Shown here piece after piece: positions 9,501-18,331 of a DNA stretch of 64,000 bases (its first letter is position 1; each line of letters begins with the position of its first letter). The notes under the pieces are model-generated. The model saw only the letters and a program-made list of their open reading frames with translations, was not told where the DNA came from and searched no databases. The position numbers and the translations under genes were made by a program. Source of the DNA: an uncultured Planctomycetota bacterium (GTDB lineage: Bacteria; Planctomycetota; Phycisphaerae; Tepidisphaerales; Tepidisphaeraceae); contig CAWJEN010000005.1 in assembly GCA_963841915.1 (NCBI GenBank), forward strand, positions 1,152,001 to 1,216,000, given 5' to 3'.

Positions 9501-11051
9501 ATGGACGCCACCACCACGCAGTTGCTGTCGGATCTGGGCCTGTCGAAACCGCAGGCGGTGCAGATCGGCGACCGTTCGGCATCCGGGTCCGGTGCGACGC
9601 TCACCGTGACCACGCCGATCGATGGCAGCACGATCGCAACCCTGCCCCAGGCGACGCCAGACGACATGAATGCAGCGGGCAAGGCAGCTCATGAAGCCTT
9701 TCTAGTCTGGCGGACGGTGCCTGCCCCGGCACGCGGAGAGTTTGTGCGGCGGATCGGCAACAAGCTCCGCGAGCACAAAAAGACGCTCGGTCAACTCGTC
9801 ACGCTCGAGGCCGGCAAAATCGTCGCCGAGGCCGAGGGTGAGGTGCAGGAGATGATCGACATCTGCGACTTTGCAGTAGGCCAAAGCCGCATGCTCTACG
9901 GCAAGACCATCGTCACCGAGCGGTTCGAGCACCGCATGATGGAGCAGTACCACCCGATCGGCCCAATCGGCGTGATCAGTGCGTTCAACTTCCCCGTCGC
10001 CGTCTGGGCATGGAACGCGATGCTCGCCTTCGTCTGCGGCGACCCGGTCGTGTGGAAGCCCAGTGAGAAGACGCCGCTGTGCGGCCTTGCGTGCGGAAAG
10101 ATCGTGCAGGACGTGATTGCCGAGTCGGCTGACCTGAAAGTGCCACCGGCAGTCAGCTCTGTCATTGTCGGTGGCAGAGACGTCGGTGAAGCCATGGCAG
10201 CCAGCGAGCTGTTCCCGCTTGTCAGTGCTACCGGCAGCACCCGCATGGGAAAGGCGGTCAATCAAGTCGTTGCCGCAAGGCTCGGCAGGTGTCTGCTCGA
10301 GCTCGGTGGGAACAACGCGATGATCGTCACGCCGACCGCCGACTTGGACTTGTGCGTAAGGGCCATCACCTTCAGCGCCTTCGGCACAGCTGGCCAACGG
10401 TGCACGACGATGCGCCGTCTGATCGTGCACGAGTCGATCAAGGACGAACTCCTCGGCCGCCTCAAGCCGATCATGCGGCAACTCAACATCGGTGACCCGC
10501 GCGACGGCAAGACGCTCATGGGCCCGCTTATTGACGAAGCCGCCTATGACGCGATGAAGGCGACGCTTAGCGAGGTGCCCAACGTCATCGGGGGCGGTCG
10601 ATTCACGGACGGTACGCCCGACGGCGGGTTCTACGTGGAACCCGCCATTGTCGAAGCCACGCCCGATGCCGCCTATGTCCAGCGGGAGACGTTCGCGCCG
10701 ATCCTCTACGTCATGCCTTATAGCACGCTTGGCGAGGCGCTGCTGATGCACAACGACGTGCCGCAAGGGTTGTCCAGCGCCATCTTTACCGGCGACATCC
10801 GCGAGGCTGAACGCTTCGTGTCGCCAACCGGTAGCGACTGCGGCATCGCCAATGTCAACATCGGCACGAGCGGTGCCGAGATCGGCGGCGCGTTCGGCGG
10901 TGAGAAAGAGACCGGAGGCGGTCGCGAGTCGGGCTCCGACGCCTGGAAGGCTTACATGCGTCGCACCACCAACACCATCAACTACGGCAGCGACCTGCCG
11001 CTGGCCCAAGGCATCGACTTCGGCATTGCGGGCAGCGAAGTGGTCGAGTGA
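9501..11051 (+). CDS. Aldehyde dehydrogenase, ALDH7/piperideine-6-carboxylate dehydrogenase type
   Basis: GEVQEMIDICDFAVG, ISAFNFPVAVW, LLELGGNNA, GTAGQRCT, ETFAPILY, GAEIGGAFGGEKETGGGRESGSD. Confidence 0.92.
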   Translation: MDATTTQLLSDLGLSKPQAVQIGDRSASGSGATLTVTTPIDGSTIATLPQATPDDMNAAGKAAHEAFLVWRTVPAPARGEFVRRIGNKLREHKKTLGQLVTLEAGKIVAEAEGEVQEMIDICDFAVGQSRMLYGKTIVTERFEHRMMEQYHPIGPIGVISAFNFPVAVWAWNAMLAFVCGDPVVWKPSEKTPLCGLACGKIVQDVIAESADLKVPPAVSSVIVGGRDVGEAMAASELFPLVSATGSTRMGKAVNQVVAARLGRCLLELGGNNAMIVTPTADLDLCVRAITFSAFGTAGQRCTTMRRLIVHESIKDELLGRLKPIMRQLNIGDPRDGKTLMGPLIDEAAYDAMKATLSEVPNVIGGGRFTDGTPDGGFYVEPAIVEATPDAAYVQRETFAPILYVMPYSTLGEALLMHNDVPQGLSSAIFTGDIREAERFVSPTGSDCGIANVNIGTSGAEIGGAFGGEKETGGGRESGSDAWKAYMRRTTNTINYGSDLPLAQGIDFGIAGSEVVE

Positions 11052-11095
11052 TACGGCCTTGCGTCCTCATGCGTGCGTCCCGTACGTTGAACGCC

Positions 11096-12142
11096 ATGTG
11101 TCTCAAAGCTGTCTCAACGTCGCTCGCCCTCGCCGCATGTCTGCTCGTCGGTTGCGGTGACGAATCGGTGACGGCTCAGGACGGCGGGCCGGGAGCTGCC
11201 ACGGGATCGGCCGGTGCATCCGTCGGGCTCGGCGAATGGATCGACGCGGGCGATGGCATCAAGGTCGCGATTCTCGGGGTCAAGGTGGCCGACGAGACGG
11301 GCGGCATGATGTTGAAGGACGACGACCGGGCAGTCGCCATTGAGTACGTGCTTGTCAACACCGGCGATAGCGAGGCGCTCGCCGGCCGGAAGCCGCTCAA
11401 GCTACTGGCAGGTGGTGAGCAGTTCGGTGACGGCATGCGGTCGGCCGCGGCGGGCGCAAAGTTCGAGGGGCTGCCGTTCGCACGCATGGTTGATCGGCTG
11501 CCAGCCGGACACGTGATTCGCGGGTGGAAGACCTTTGCCGCTCCGATCGAGCAGGACGCTGAGCTTGCCGTGCTGGTTGGCCGCAACGGCAACCCGGTCT
11601 CCGACCTCCAAGAGGGCGACATTGCTGCCAGCGTCGCCCTGCGTAACGGCGACGCTGCGGAAGCGCCCTCAATCGAGGTCGAGCCCTCTGCCCCACTGGC
11701 CGTCGGCGACACCATCGAAGGTGGCGCTGTGAACTGGACGTTCCACGGGATTAGAGAAGCGGAAACAAGCTCGGAGCTGCCCGAGGGCCGCGTCGCCTAC
11801 ACAATCGAGATGTCGGTGGTCAACAACACCGATGCCGAAATCGATGCCGGCAACGCCACCTTAGACAGCTTCATCTATCTCACTGATGGCAAAGGCAACG
11901 CCTCGACCGCGGACGCCATCTCGTTCATGCTCGAGGACTATCAGGAGCCCGAGGGCAGCAGCATGTTCGCTGGCTGGAAGGAGAAACTTGCCCCCGGCGA
12001 AGAGTCTCGCGGCTTGATGCTTGTGACCATCTCGGCTGACCACGGCGACCTCGTCCTCGTGGCCAGCACGGCTCAGGGCTACAAGATGAGCAACTTCCAG
12101 GCCGTCGCGGCATCACCCATCGGCGTGTTCAAGACGAAGTAG
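11096..12142 (+). CDS. Lipoprotein with two Ig-like (DUF4352-like) domains
   Basis: Lipobox LLVGC; two similar halves (V/L-GE/D-x-I..V.N...LPAG/LAPG); start uncertain (11048-11096). Confidence 0.6.
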   Translation: MCLKAVSTSLALAACLLVGCGDESVTAQDGGPGAATGSAGASVGLGEWIDAGDGIKVAILGVKVADETGGMMLKDDDRAVAIEYVLVNTGDSEALAGRKPLKLLAGGEQFGDGMRSAAAGAKFEGLPFARMVDRLPAGHVIRGWKTFAAPIEQDAELAVLVGRNGNPVSDLQEGDIAASVALRNGDAAEAPSIEVEPSAPLAVGDTIEGGAVNWTFHGIREAETSSELPEGRVAYTIEMSVVNNTDAEIDAGNATLDSFIYLTDGKGNASTADAISFMLEDYQEPEGSSMFAGWKEKLAPGEESRGLMLVTISADHGDLVLVASTAQGYKMSNFQAVAASPIGVFKTK

Positions 12143-12146
12143 TCGC

Positions 12147-12162
12147 AGTTCCACGTGGAACC
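12147..12162. promoter_or_regulatory. parS-like site (ParB binding), 14-bp perfect core
   Basis: aGTTCCACGTGGAACc, intergenic between convergent genes. Confidence 0.7.
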
Positions 12163-13020
12163 TCAACCGCACAAGCGGTCGAGCAGGAACGTTTTGGCCC
12201 TACCGACATCGACCGCCATCGCCACGCGGTGTGGGCCTGACGGGTCCGGCTCCAGCGTCGTGCGGCCGTAGCGCTCGTCCTGGCGCGTGTCGACAGTGAC
12301 AAGGCCGGTCTCCCACTCGAAGAACTCGGGGTGCAGCATCGCCACGACTGTCATCGGGTCGAACATGTTCATGTGGTTCGGCACCCGCTGGCGGAACTCG
12401 GTCAGCCACCGCACCACCAGGGCGATGAGCGGATCTGTCGCCGCGCTCTCCGTCAGCCGATCGACGTCTTTCGGCAGCAGTTTCGTGTCGAGCCCGATCG
12501 ACAGCGGAATGACGTCCATCGGGATGCCGCTGGCGTAGCAGTGGTGGGCGGCTTCGACGTCGCAGCGGATGTTGTGCTCGACCATGTCGGCTCTGCGGAA
12601 CTCGCCCCCCATCGTCAGGTGACGCATGGCGGCAATCGGCTCGAAGTCGAGTGTCAGCGACAACGCCAGATTCGTCATCGGCCCGATCGACAACGCGACG
12701 TCGGCTTTGCTGGTGAAGGTGGTCGGGCGGCCTGCGTCGATGTCGGGCTCGTCGTCGCCGTAGAGGTAGCGTTGGCCGATCTGGTCGCCGCGCGGCTTGA
12801 GCAGGAGCGTGCGGTCAGCGCCGATGTTGGTGGTGACGTCGTCGCGGCGGGAGGCCTTGAGCATCGCGTTGACGCACCGCATCCGCCGACGCGTGTCGCC
12901 GTAGCAAGTCAGCACGCTCAGGTCGGCGATTTCCGGTGAGCGGAGCAGCAGCGCCAGGCAAAAGGCGTCATCAATGTCGTCGCCGATGTCGGTGTCGAGC
13001 AGCACGTGCGGGCGGTCCAT
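12163..13020 (-). CDS. Inosine/uridine-preferring nucleoside hydrolase family protein
   Basis: LLDTDIGDDIDD, IGPMTNLA, MGG, EHNIRCDVEAA, FDP motifs. Confidence 0.9.
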   Translation of the reverse strand: MDRPHVLLDTDIGDDIDDAFCLALLLRSPEIADLSVLTCYGDTRRRMRCVNAMLKASRRDDVTTNIGADRTLLLKPRGDQIGQRYLYGDDEPDIDAGRPTTFTSKADVALSIGPMTNLALSLTLDFEPIAAMRHLTMGGEFRRADMVEHNIRCDVEAAHHCYASGIPMDVIPLSIGLDTKLLPKDVDRLTESAATDPLIALVVRWLTEFRQRVPNHMNMFDPMTVVAMLHPEFFEWETGLVTVDTRQDERYGRTTLEPDPSGPHRVAMAVDVGRAKTFLLDRLCG

Positions 13021-13093
13021 GGGTTTATTGTTGGCAGCCGAGCGCTGCGCGGCGGCGGCCAATTGCGGTCGTGGCGGTGGCGGCGGGGCAGAA

Positions 13094-13109
13094 TGTTCCA
13101 CGTGGAACA
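13094..13109. promoter_or_regulatory. parS site
   Basis: TGTTCCACGTGGAACA, perfect 16-bp palindrome matching TGTTNCACGTGAAACA-type consensus (extends to 18 bp). Confidence 0.85.
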
Positions 13110-13168
13110 TCGCCACCCCTGGCGGCGGGCTCTGGCGAAGGATTTAGACGCGCAGCCGACCCGGCGAA

Positions 13169-13184
13169 TGTTCCACGTGGAACA
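13169..13184. promoter_or_regulatory. parS site
   Basis: TGTTCCACGTGGAACA, identical copy 75 bp downstream. Confidence 0.85.
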
Positions 13185-13557
13185 ATTTCGGTGCATCAAG
13201 TGCGATGGCGGGTCGTCGTTGCTTGCTGGTCGTTGCGTCCGCCGTCGAACTTGTAGCGCAGACGTGCTGCGTGAGGTGTTGTGCATGGTCGGGTCGATTA
13301 CGACCGCCCACGTCGTGCGCCGCGGCGGCCGCGGCGGCGGATTATGCGACGCCCGCGTTATCGGCGTCACCGACGCGACGTTCTGTGAAGCTGGGGAATT
13401 GGCAGGGACTGGTGCGTATTCGACATCAGGCGGTGCGACATGCCATGTGGCTGCTCGCTGCCCGCCTTGCCGGGCTTCTCGCCGGAAACGAATCCGGTGC
13501 TCCGCCGACGGTGGCCTCAGTGGCTACGTCAACCGCCCGATACAAGGAAGTTCCGCT

Positions 13558-15570
13558 ATGCCGTGTCACACCCCAAATCACCTCGCTTCCCACCGCCGCC
13601 GCGTCAGGCGGCTACTCGCCGTCGCCGTCGCCGCCGCTTGTTTGTCCCCGACGGCAGCGCTCTTCGCCGCCGAAGCCGACGAGCCCGGCTTTGCCACGCC
13701 CCCGAGCGAAGCCGCCCCTGCGACACAGCCTGCCGAGGTCGAGCTGCCACCGTTGCCCGCCGACCCGTTCGCCGACGATGCCGCGACGGCCGTTGTGCCC
13801 GACAGTGCCAGCCAGGACGCCGCCGTCCGCTACGACGCAGCGGCCGACACCGTCGACATCCGCGTGAGCAACGGCGATCTCGTCGACGTGCTCCGCATGC
13901 TCGCCGAACAGAGCGAACGCAACATCATTGCCTCCAAGAACGTCGGCGGCGTCGTCTCGTGCAGCCTCTACGACGTCACCGTCCGTCAGGCCCTCGACGC
14001 CATCCTCACCAGCAACGACCTTGGCGTCCGCGAGGACGGCAACTTCCTTTACGTCTACACGCAGGAAGAGCTCCAGGAACTCGAAGAGGCCGACCGCAAG
14101 ATGGAGACGCGGGTCTTCCGCCTCTTCCACACCACGCCCTCGATGGCCGCCCGCATGGTCTCGCCGGCCCTGAGCGAGCAGGCCGTCTTCTCGTTCAGCG
14201 ACGAAGCCGACGAAGGCGTTGCGTCCAACCGCACCGACGCCGGTGGCTACGGCTACGCGGCCGACGACGTGCTCGTCGTCAGCGACTTCCCCGAGCGGCT
14301 CGAAGAAGTCGCCCGCCTGCTCGAAGAGGTCGACCAGCGCCCACAGCAGGTCCTCGTCGAAGCGACCATCCTCAGCTCCACGCTGACGAATAACAACCAG
14401 ATGGGTGTCGACTTCAACCTCGTCGGCGGCGTCGACTTTAACCAAGTCAACTTCCTGCCCGGTGGCCAGGTCGCCAGCGGTGGGTTCGATGACTCGTCGC
14501 AAGCCCTCGGCAGCGACACCTACGGCGGCGGTACCGGTAACAACTTCGCAGGTGCCGTCCCCGGTGGCATGAAGCTCGGCTTCGTCAGCGGTGATGTCAG
14601 CGTCTTCCTGTCTGCCCTGGAAGGCGTCACCGACTCGACCGTCCTGGCCAACCCCAAGGTGCTGGCCCTCAACAAACAACGCGGCGAAGTGCTCGTCGGT
14701 CGTCAGGACGGCTACGTCACGACCACGCTGACCGAGACCACCGCCACGCAGGACGTGCAGTTCCTCGAAACCGGTACGAAGCTCGTCTTCCGCCCGTACA
14801 TCAGCAAAGACGGCTACATCCGGCTCGAGATTGCCCCCGAGGATTCGTCGGGCGGCGTCGACGAGCGAGGCCTGCCCAGCAAGGTCACGACGCAGGTCAC
14901 CAGCAACGTCATGGTTAAAGACGGCCACACGATCGTCATCGGCGGTTTGTTCCGCGAGTCGAGCGTCGTCGCCAAGAGCCAGGTCCCGGTGCTGGGCAAC
15001 ATCCCGCTGCTGGGCCGGGCGTTCGGCCGGCAGAGCGACTCGACGGTGCGAGAAGAGATCATCATCCTGCTGACGCCGCACGTTGTGAAGGACGACGACA
15101 AGTTCGCCCAGCTCGGCGATCAGGAGCGTCTGCGTGCAGAGCGGCTTCGCGTCGGCACCCGCAAGGGCATGATGTTCTGGGGCCGCGAGCGCCAGGCACA
15201 AGCCAACTACCAGAAGGCCGTCGAGGCCTTGGCCAAGGACGAGCCGAATCCCAAGCGTGCCCGCTTCCACCTCAACGCGGCCCTGCACCTGGACCCGTCG
15301 TTCATCGAAGCCATCGAACTGCGTGAGAAGCTGACCGGTGAGACCGTGGTCGAGGCCGACGGCAGCTCCATCCGCAGCTTTGTCCGCCGGTCGATCCGCG
15401 ACGACGTGACCGAGCTGCGCCAGACGCCCGAGGTGACGCCCGAAGGCGAGCTGCCGACGGACGATCCGAAGCTGCGTCAGCCGCGTGACCTGCTGCCCGA
15501 CGATGAACCGGACCTGATCAAGGTCGAGGCCCCGGCCACGCAGCCCGCGCTGGCAACGATCAAGGAGTAG
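13558..15570 (+). CDS. Type II secretion/type IV pilus secretin (GspD/PilQ family) with C-terminal TPR-like extension
   Basis: Signal peptide, N0/STN-like domain, DQRPQQVLVEATI, VLANPKVLALNKQ, VKDGHTIVIGGL, VPVLGNIPLLGRAF, EIIILLTPHVV. Confidence 0.9.
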   Translation: MPCHTPNHLASHRRRVRRLLAVAVAAACLSPTAALFAAEADEPGFATPPSEAAPATQPAEVELPPLPADPFADDAATAVVPDSASQDAAVRYDAAADTVDIRVSNGDLVDVLRMLAEQSERNIIASKNVGGVVSCSLYDVTVRQALDAILTSNDLGVREDGNFLYVYTQEELQELEEADRKMETRVFRLFHTTPSMAARMVSPALSEQAVFSFSDEADEGVASNRTDAGGYGYAADDVLVVSDFPERLEEVARLLEEVDQRPQQVLVEATILSSTLTNNNQMGVDFNLVGGVDFNQVNFLPGGQVASGGFDDSSQALGSDTYGGGTGNNFAGAVPGGMKLGFVSGDVSVFLSALEGVTDSTVLANPKVLALNKQRGEVLVGRQDGYVTTTLTETTATQDVQFLETGTKLVFRPYISKDGYIRLEIAPEDSSGGVDERGLPSKVTTQVTSNVMVKDGHTIVIGGLFRESSVVAKSQVPVLGNIPLLGRAFGRQSDSTVREEIIILLTPHVVKDDDKFAQLGDQERLRAERLRVGTRKGMMFWGRERQAQANYQKAVEALAKDEPNPKRARFHLNAALHLDPSFIEAIELREKLTGETVVEADGSSIRSFVRRSIRDDVTELRQTPEVTPEGELPTDDPKLRQPRDLLPDDEPDLIKVEAPATQPALATIKE

Positions 15571-15586
15571 ATCAACAGGCAAGGTA

Positions 15587-15616
15587 GCTGCGGGTCCTAG
15601 ACCCGCAGTTTGCTTT
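15587..15616 (+). terminator. Intrinsic terminator after the secretin gene
   Basis: CTGCGGGTC-CTA-GACCCGCAG followed by TTTGCTTT. Confidence 0.6.
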
Positions 15617-15725
15617 GCGCCCGTACCTGACCGCGGGCGACAAACCCGCAGTATGTGCAGAAACGCGACCGCAGAAGGCATCGCCCGCAGAACCACCCGC
15701 CGACCCGCTCAAGGAAGAGAACCTC

Positions 15726-16910
15726 ATGTCACACCACACGCAACACGCCGCCCGGGCGATCCTTCTCGCTGCCACGCTCGCCTGCGGCACGCTGACCGGC
15801 TGCTCGTCCGGCCCGACGCAAACCGAAGAGGCGACCGCCCGCTGGAATGCCGCCCGGGCGGCGACGCTGGCGCAGCTGGCGACCGATCAGCTCGAAGCCG
15901 GTCAGTTGGCAGAAGCACGCGAAACGTGCGACGCTGCGCTGGTCGTCGACCAGACGTTGCCAGCGGTCCATCTGCTCAGTGCCCGTGTGGCGCTGGAGGA
16001 AGACGACCTGCAAGGGGCGTCGGCCAGTCTGCAGCGGTGCGGCATGCTTGCACCGGCCGACGCGGTCGCAGCGGAGATGCACCACCTGGCCGGCACCATT
16101 GCCGGCCGCTGGGAGCAGGCCGACGAAGCGGTGCGGCGTCACCGGGCGGCGGTCGCCTTGTGGCCCCAAGAGCCCAACTACCTCGTCGGACTGGCCGAGG
16201 CACTCATTGATGCCGAGCGTGCACCCGAGGCCGAGGCGGCGTTGATGGCGAACCTGCATCGGTTCCAGGGAGAAGCGTCGGTCTTCGACGCGCTCGGCCA
16301 AGTGCTCAGCGTGCAAGGCCGACCTGCCGACGCGGCAGAGATGTACCGCCGGGCCAGCGTCTACGCGCCCGACGACACCGATGTCCGCGAGCGGCAGGCA
16401 CTGGCGCAATTGGCGGCAGGTGACGGGGCGGCGGCGGCGCGGACGCTTCGCCGGCTGCTCGACGAGGTCGATGGACGACCGTCGTTGCACATTGCACTCG
16501 GCGAGGCCTATCTGAGCGAGCGTGACGCCGAACGGGCCGAGGCGGCCTTCCGGCAGGCGACGCGTCTGGATCGGCAGAGCTTTGCGGCATGGGCGGGTCT
16601 GACAAAGTCGCTGCTGGCGTCGAACGACGCCAACGCAGCAGTCATGGCGGCGACGCGTGCCGTGGCGACGGCAGGAACGGGCGAGCGAGACAACGCGCTG
16701 CTGCTCCGCGGCTTTGCCAACGTACAGCACGGCAACTTCCGCGGGGCGGCAGACGATTTGGACGATCTTGCCCGGGCCGGTGACACCTTGGCGGCAGACC
16801 TCTATGCGTTGTGCCTGTTAGGCCTTGGCGATGAGGCGTCGGCACGTGCCACTTTGTCGGACCATATGTCGCAGCACGCAAATGTGTCGTCTGAGCGCAT
16901 CGGTGAGTAA
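15726..16910 (+). CDS. TPR-repeat lipoprotein (possible pilotin)
   Basis: Lipobox LTGC; multiple TPR-like repeats (ALGQVL..A..Y..A...P, ALGEAYL..A..AF..A...D). Confidence 0.8.
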   Translation: MSHHTQHAARAILLAATLACGTLTGCSSGPTQTEEATARWNAARAATLAQLATDQLEAGQLAEARETCDAALVVDQTLPAVHLLSARVALEEDDLQGASASLQRCGMLAPADAVAAEMHHLAGTIAGRWEQADEAVRRHRAAVALWPQEPNYLVGLAEALIDAERAPEAEAALMANLHRFQGEASVFDALGQVLSVQGRPADAAEMYRRASVYAPDDTDVRERQALAQLAAGDGAAAARTLRRLLDEVDGRPSLHIALGEAYLSERDAERAEAAFRQATRLDRQSFAAWAGLTKSLLASNDANAAVMAATRAVATAGTGERDNALLLRGFANVQHGNFRGAADDLDDLARAGDTLAADLYALCLLGLGDEASARATLSDHMSQHANVSSERIGE

Positions 16911-17017
16911 GGCGAGGTCGTACAAGATCCGATGCGTGTTTTAGCAGAAACTGATTTCGAGACGGCCGCTGGGGGCATCTGGCGGCGTCGGTCTCGTACC
17001 CGAAGAAGGACCTTGTG

Positions 17018-18133
17018 ATGCCCAATCTCCGTCTCTTTGTACGACAACCCGCAGCACCTGTTGCCGAGGTCGTCAAGTCGCCGAGCGGTTCGTCGTTCCC
17101 GCTGACGGCTCTCGACTTTAACGCCGGTACCAACGCAGCCAAGGAAGGCGACTTCTGGATCGACGCCGACGTGGTCGAAGCGTGCAAGGATCTGGTCGAG
17201 ACGGACGTGTGCAGACACGTGGCCGTTGCGCACTACAGCGGTGGCGGCGAGCCCATCATCCGAGAAGAGGCCGGCCCGACGCCCGACATGCACAGGCCGC
17301 TCGTGACCGAATTCGCGTCAACCGGCGAGCTGCGGCACTTGTACCGCGTGGACGGCATGCTGATCGCGGCCGTGACGCTGCGAGACGGAGACAACCGGAT
17401 CGGCTCGTGCACGGTGGCGGCTGAAAACGACGACGAGCGACGGATTATGAGCTCGGCCCGCAGGCTCGGGCGCTTTGTCCAGATGGCCAGGCGCAATCGG
17501 AAGCTGCAGATCGAGGCGGGGAACATGCTTCAAGGGTTGCTGCGGTCGCTGGTCAGTGCCGTCGATGCCAACGACGCCTACACGTGCGGCCACAGCTTGC
17601 GGGTTGCGCTCTACGCAAGGCAGCTTGGTGAGGCGGCGGGGCTCGTTCCGACGACGCTCGACCGCATCTACTTGGCCGGGCTGTTGCACGACATCGGCAA
17701 GATCGGCGTCGACACGCGCGTCCTTCGCAAGGCCGGCCGCTTGACGGATGACGAGTTTGCGCAGATCCGCCAGCATCCGGTTGTGGGGCACCACATTCTC
17801 AGCGGCATTCCGCAGGTGCACGACGTGCTGCCGGGCGTGCTGCATCACCACGAGCGGTACGACGGCCGCGGGTACCCGCACAAACTGGCCGGAGCCGACA
17901 TTCCGCTGATGGCCCGCATTCTGGCGGTGGCAGACAGCTTCGACGCGATGACGAGCGACCGCAACTACCGCCACGCTCGCCCGGCGGCGAAGGCGCTGGC
18001 CGAGGTGGCCCAATGTGCCGGGACGCAGTTCGACCCGACCTTGGCGAAGCTGTTTTGCCGACTGCCGTTGTCGGAGCTGGAGTCGACGATCAAGCGTGGC
18101 CGCGCCAGCGCCGAAGCGGCCGTCGCCGCGTGA
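17018..18133 (+). CDS. HD-GYP domain protein (c-di-GMP phosphodiesterase) with N-terminal sensor-like region
   Basis: YTCGHSLRV, LLHDIGK, HPVVG, HHERYDGRGYP, RILAVADSFDAMTSDR, GTQFDP. Confidence 0.92.
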   Translation: MPNLRLFVRQPAAPVAEVVKSPSGSSFPLTALDFNAGTNAAKEGDFWIDADVVEACKDLVETDVCRHVAVAHYSGGGEPIIREEAGPTPDMHRPLVTEFASTGELRHLYRVDGMLIAAVTLRDGDNRIGSCTVAAENDDERRIMSSARRLGRFVQMARRNRKLQIEAGNMLQGLLRSLVSAVDANDAYTCGHSLRVALYARQLGEAAGLVPTTLDRIYLAGLLHDIGKIGVDTRVLRKAGRLTDDEFAQIRQHPVVGHHILSGIPQVHDVLPGVLHHHERYDGRGYPHKLAGADIPLMARILAVADSFDAMTSDRNYRHARPAAKALAEVAQCAGTQFDPTLAKLFCRLPLSELESTIKRGRASAEAAVAA

Positions 18134-18152
18134 GCGCGACGGCAAAAATAAG

Positions 18153-18226
18153 TGGCTCCAACTGGACTCGAACCAGTGACCTAGGGCTTATGAATCCCTC
18201 GCTCTAACCAGCTGAGCTATGGAGCC
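18153..18226 (-). tRNA. tRNA with CAT anticodon (elongator Met most likely; Ile2 not excluded); CCA not encoded
   Basis: Reverse complement GGCTCCATAGCTCAGCTGGTTAGAGCGAGGGATTCATAAGCCCTAGGTCACTGGTTCGAGTCCAGTTGGAGCCA folds into a cloverleaf; paired G1-C72 argues against initiator. Confidence 0.93.
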
Positions 18227-18271
18227 GACGGGGTTGGCATCGTTGGCGCGGTTTGGCGGCTTGACAAGTGC

Positions 18272-18306
18272 AATAAAGAACCGGCCGCACCCGAAGGTGC
18301 GGCCGG
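18272..18306 (-). terminator. Intrinsic terminator of amtB
   Basis: Minus strand CCGGCCGCACC-TTCG-GGTGCGGCCGG-TTCTTTATT. Confidence 0.85.
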
Positions 18307-18331
18307 CATTGTTAAGGGTTGAACCGCCGAC

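Noticed and set aside
13091..13184. Mini-CRISPR (two repeats with a spacer)
   Set aside because: Only two 19-bp copies, a perfect parS match, and no cas genes.
13399..13416. Sigma54 promoter upstream of the secretin (TGGCAGGGACTGGTGC)
   Set aside because: GG-to-GC spacing is one base too long, and sigma54 spacing is strict.
13006..13557. 5' extension of the 854-aa ORF and repeated MFHVE peptides
   Set aside because: MFHVE(H/Q) is simply the translation of the parS palindrome; the secretin most likely starts at 13558 and the hydrolase at 13020.
13612..15696. Long antisense ORFs (also 29394-31454, 49841-51415, 56954-58525, 53896-55296 and others)
   Set aside because: Shadow frames of real high-GC genes; no recognisable motifs.
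18133..18330. tRNA as integration site of a genomic island
   Set aside because: No integrase, no duplicated tRNA 3' end noticed, and no obvious compositional shift.
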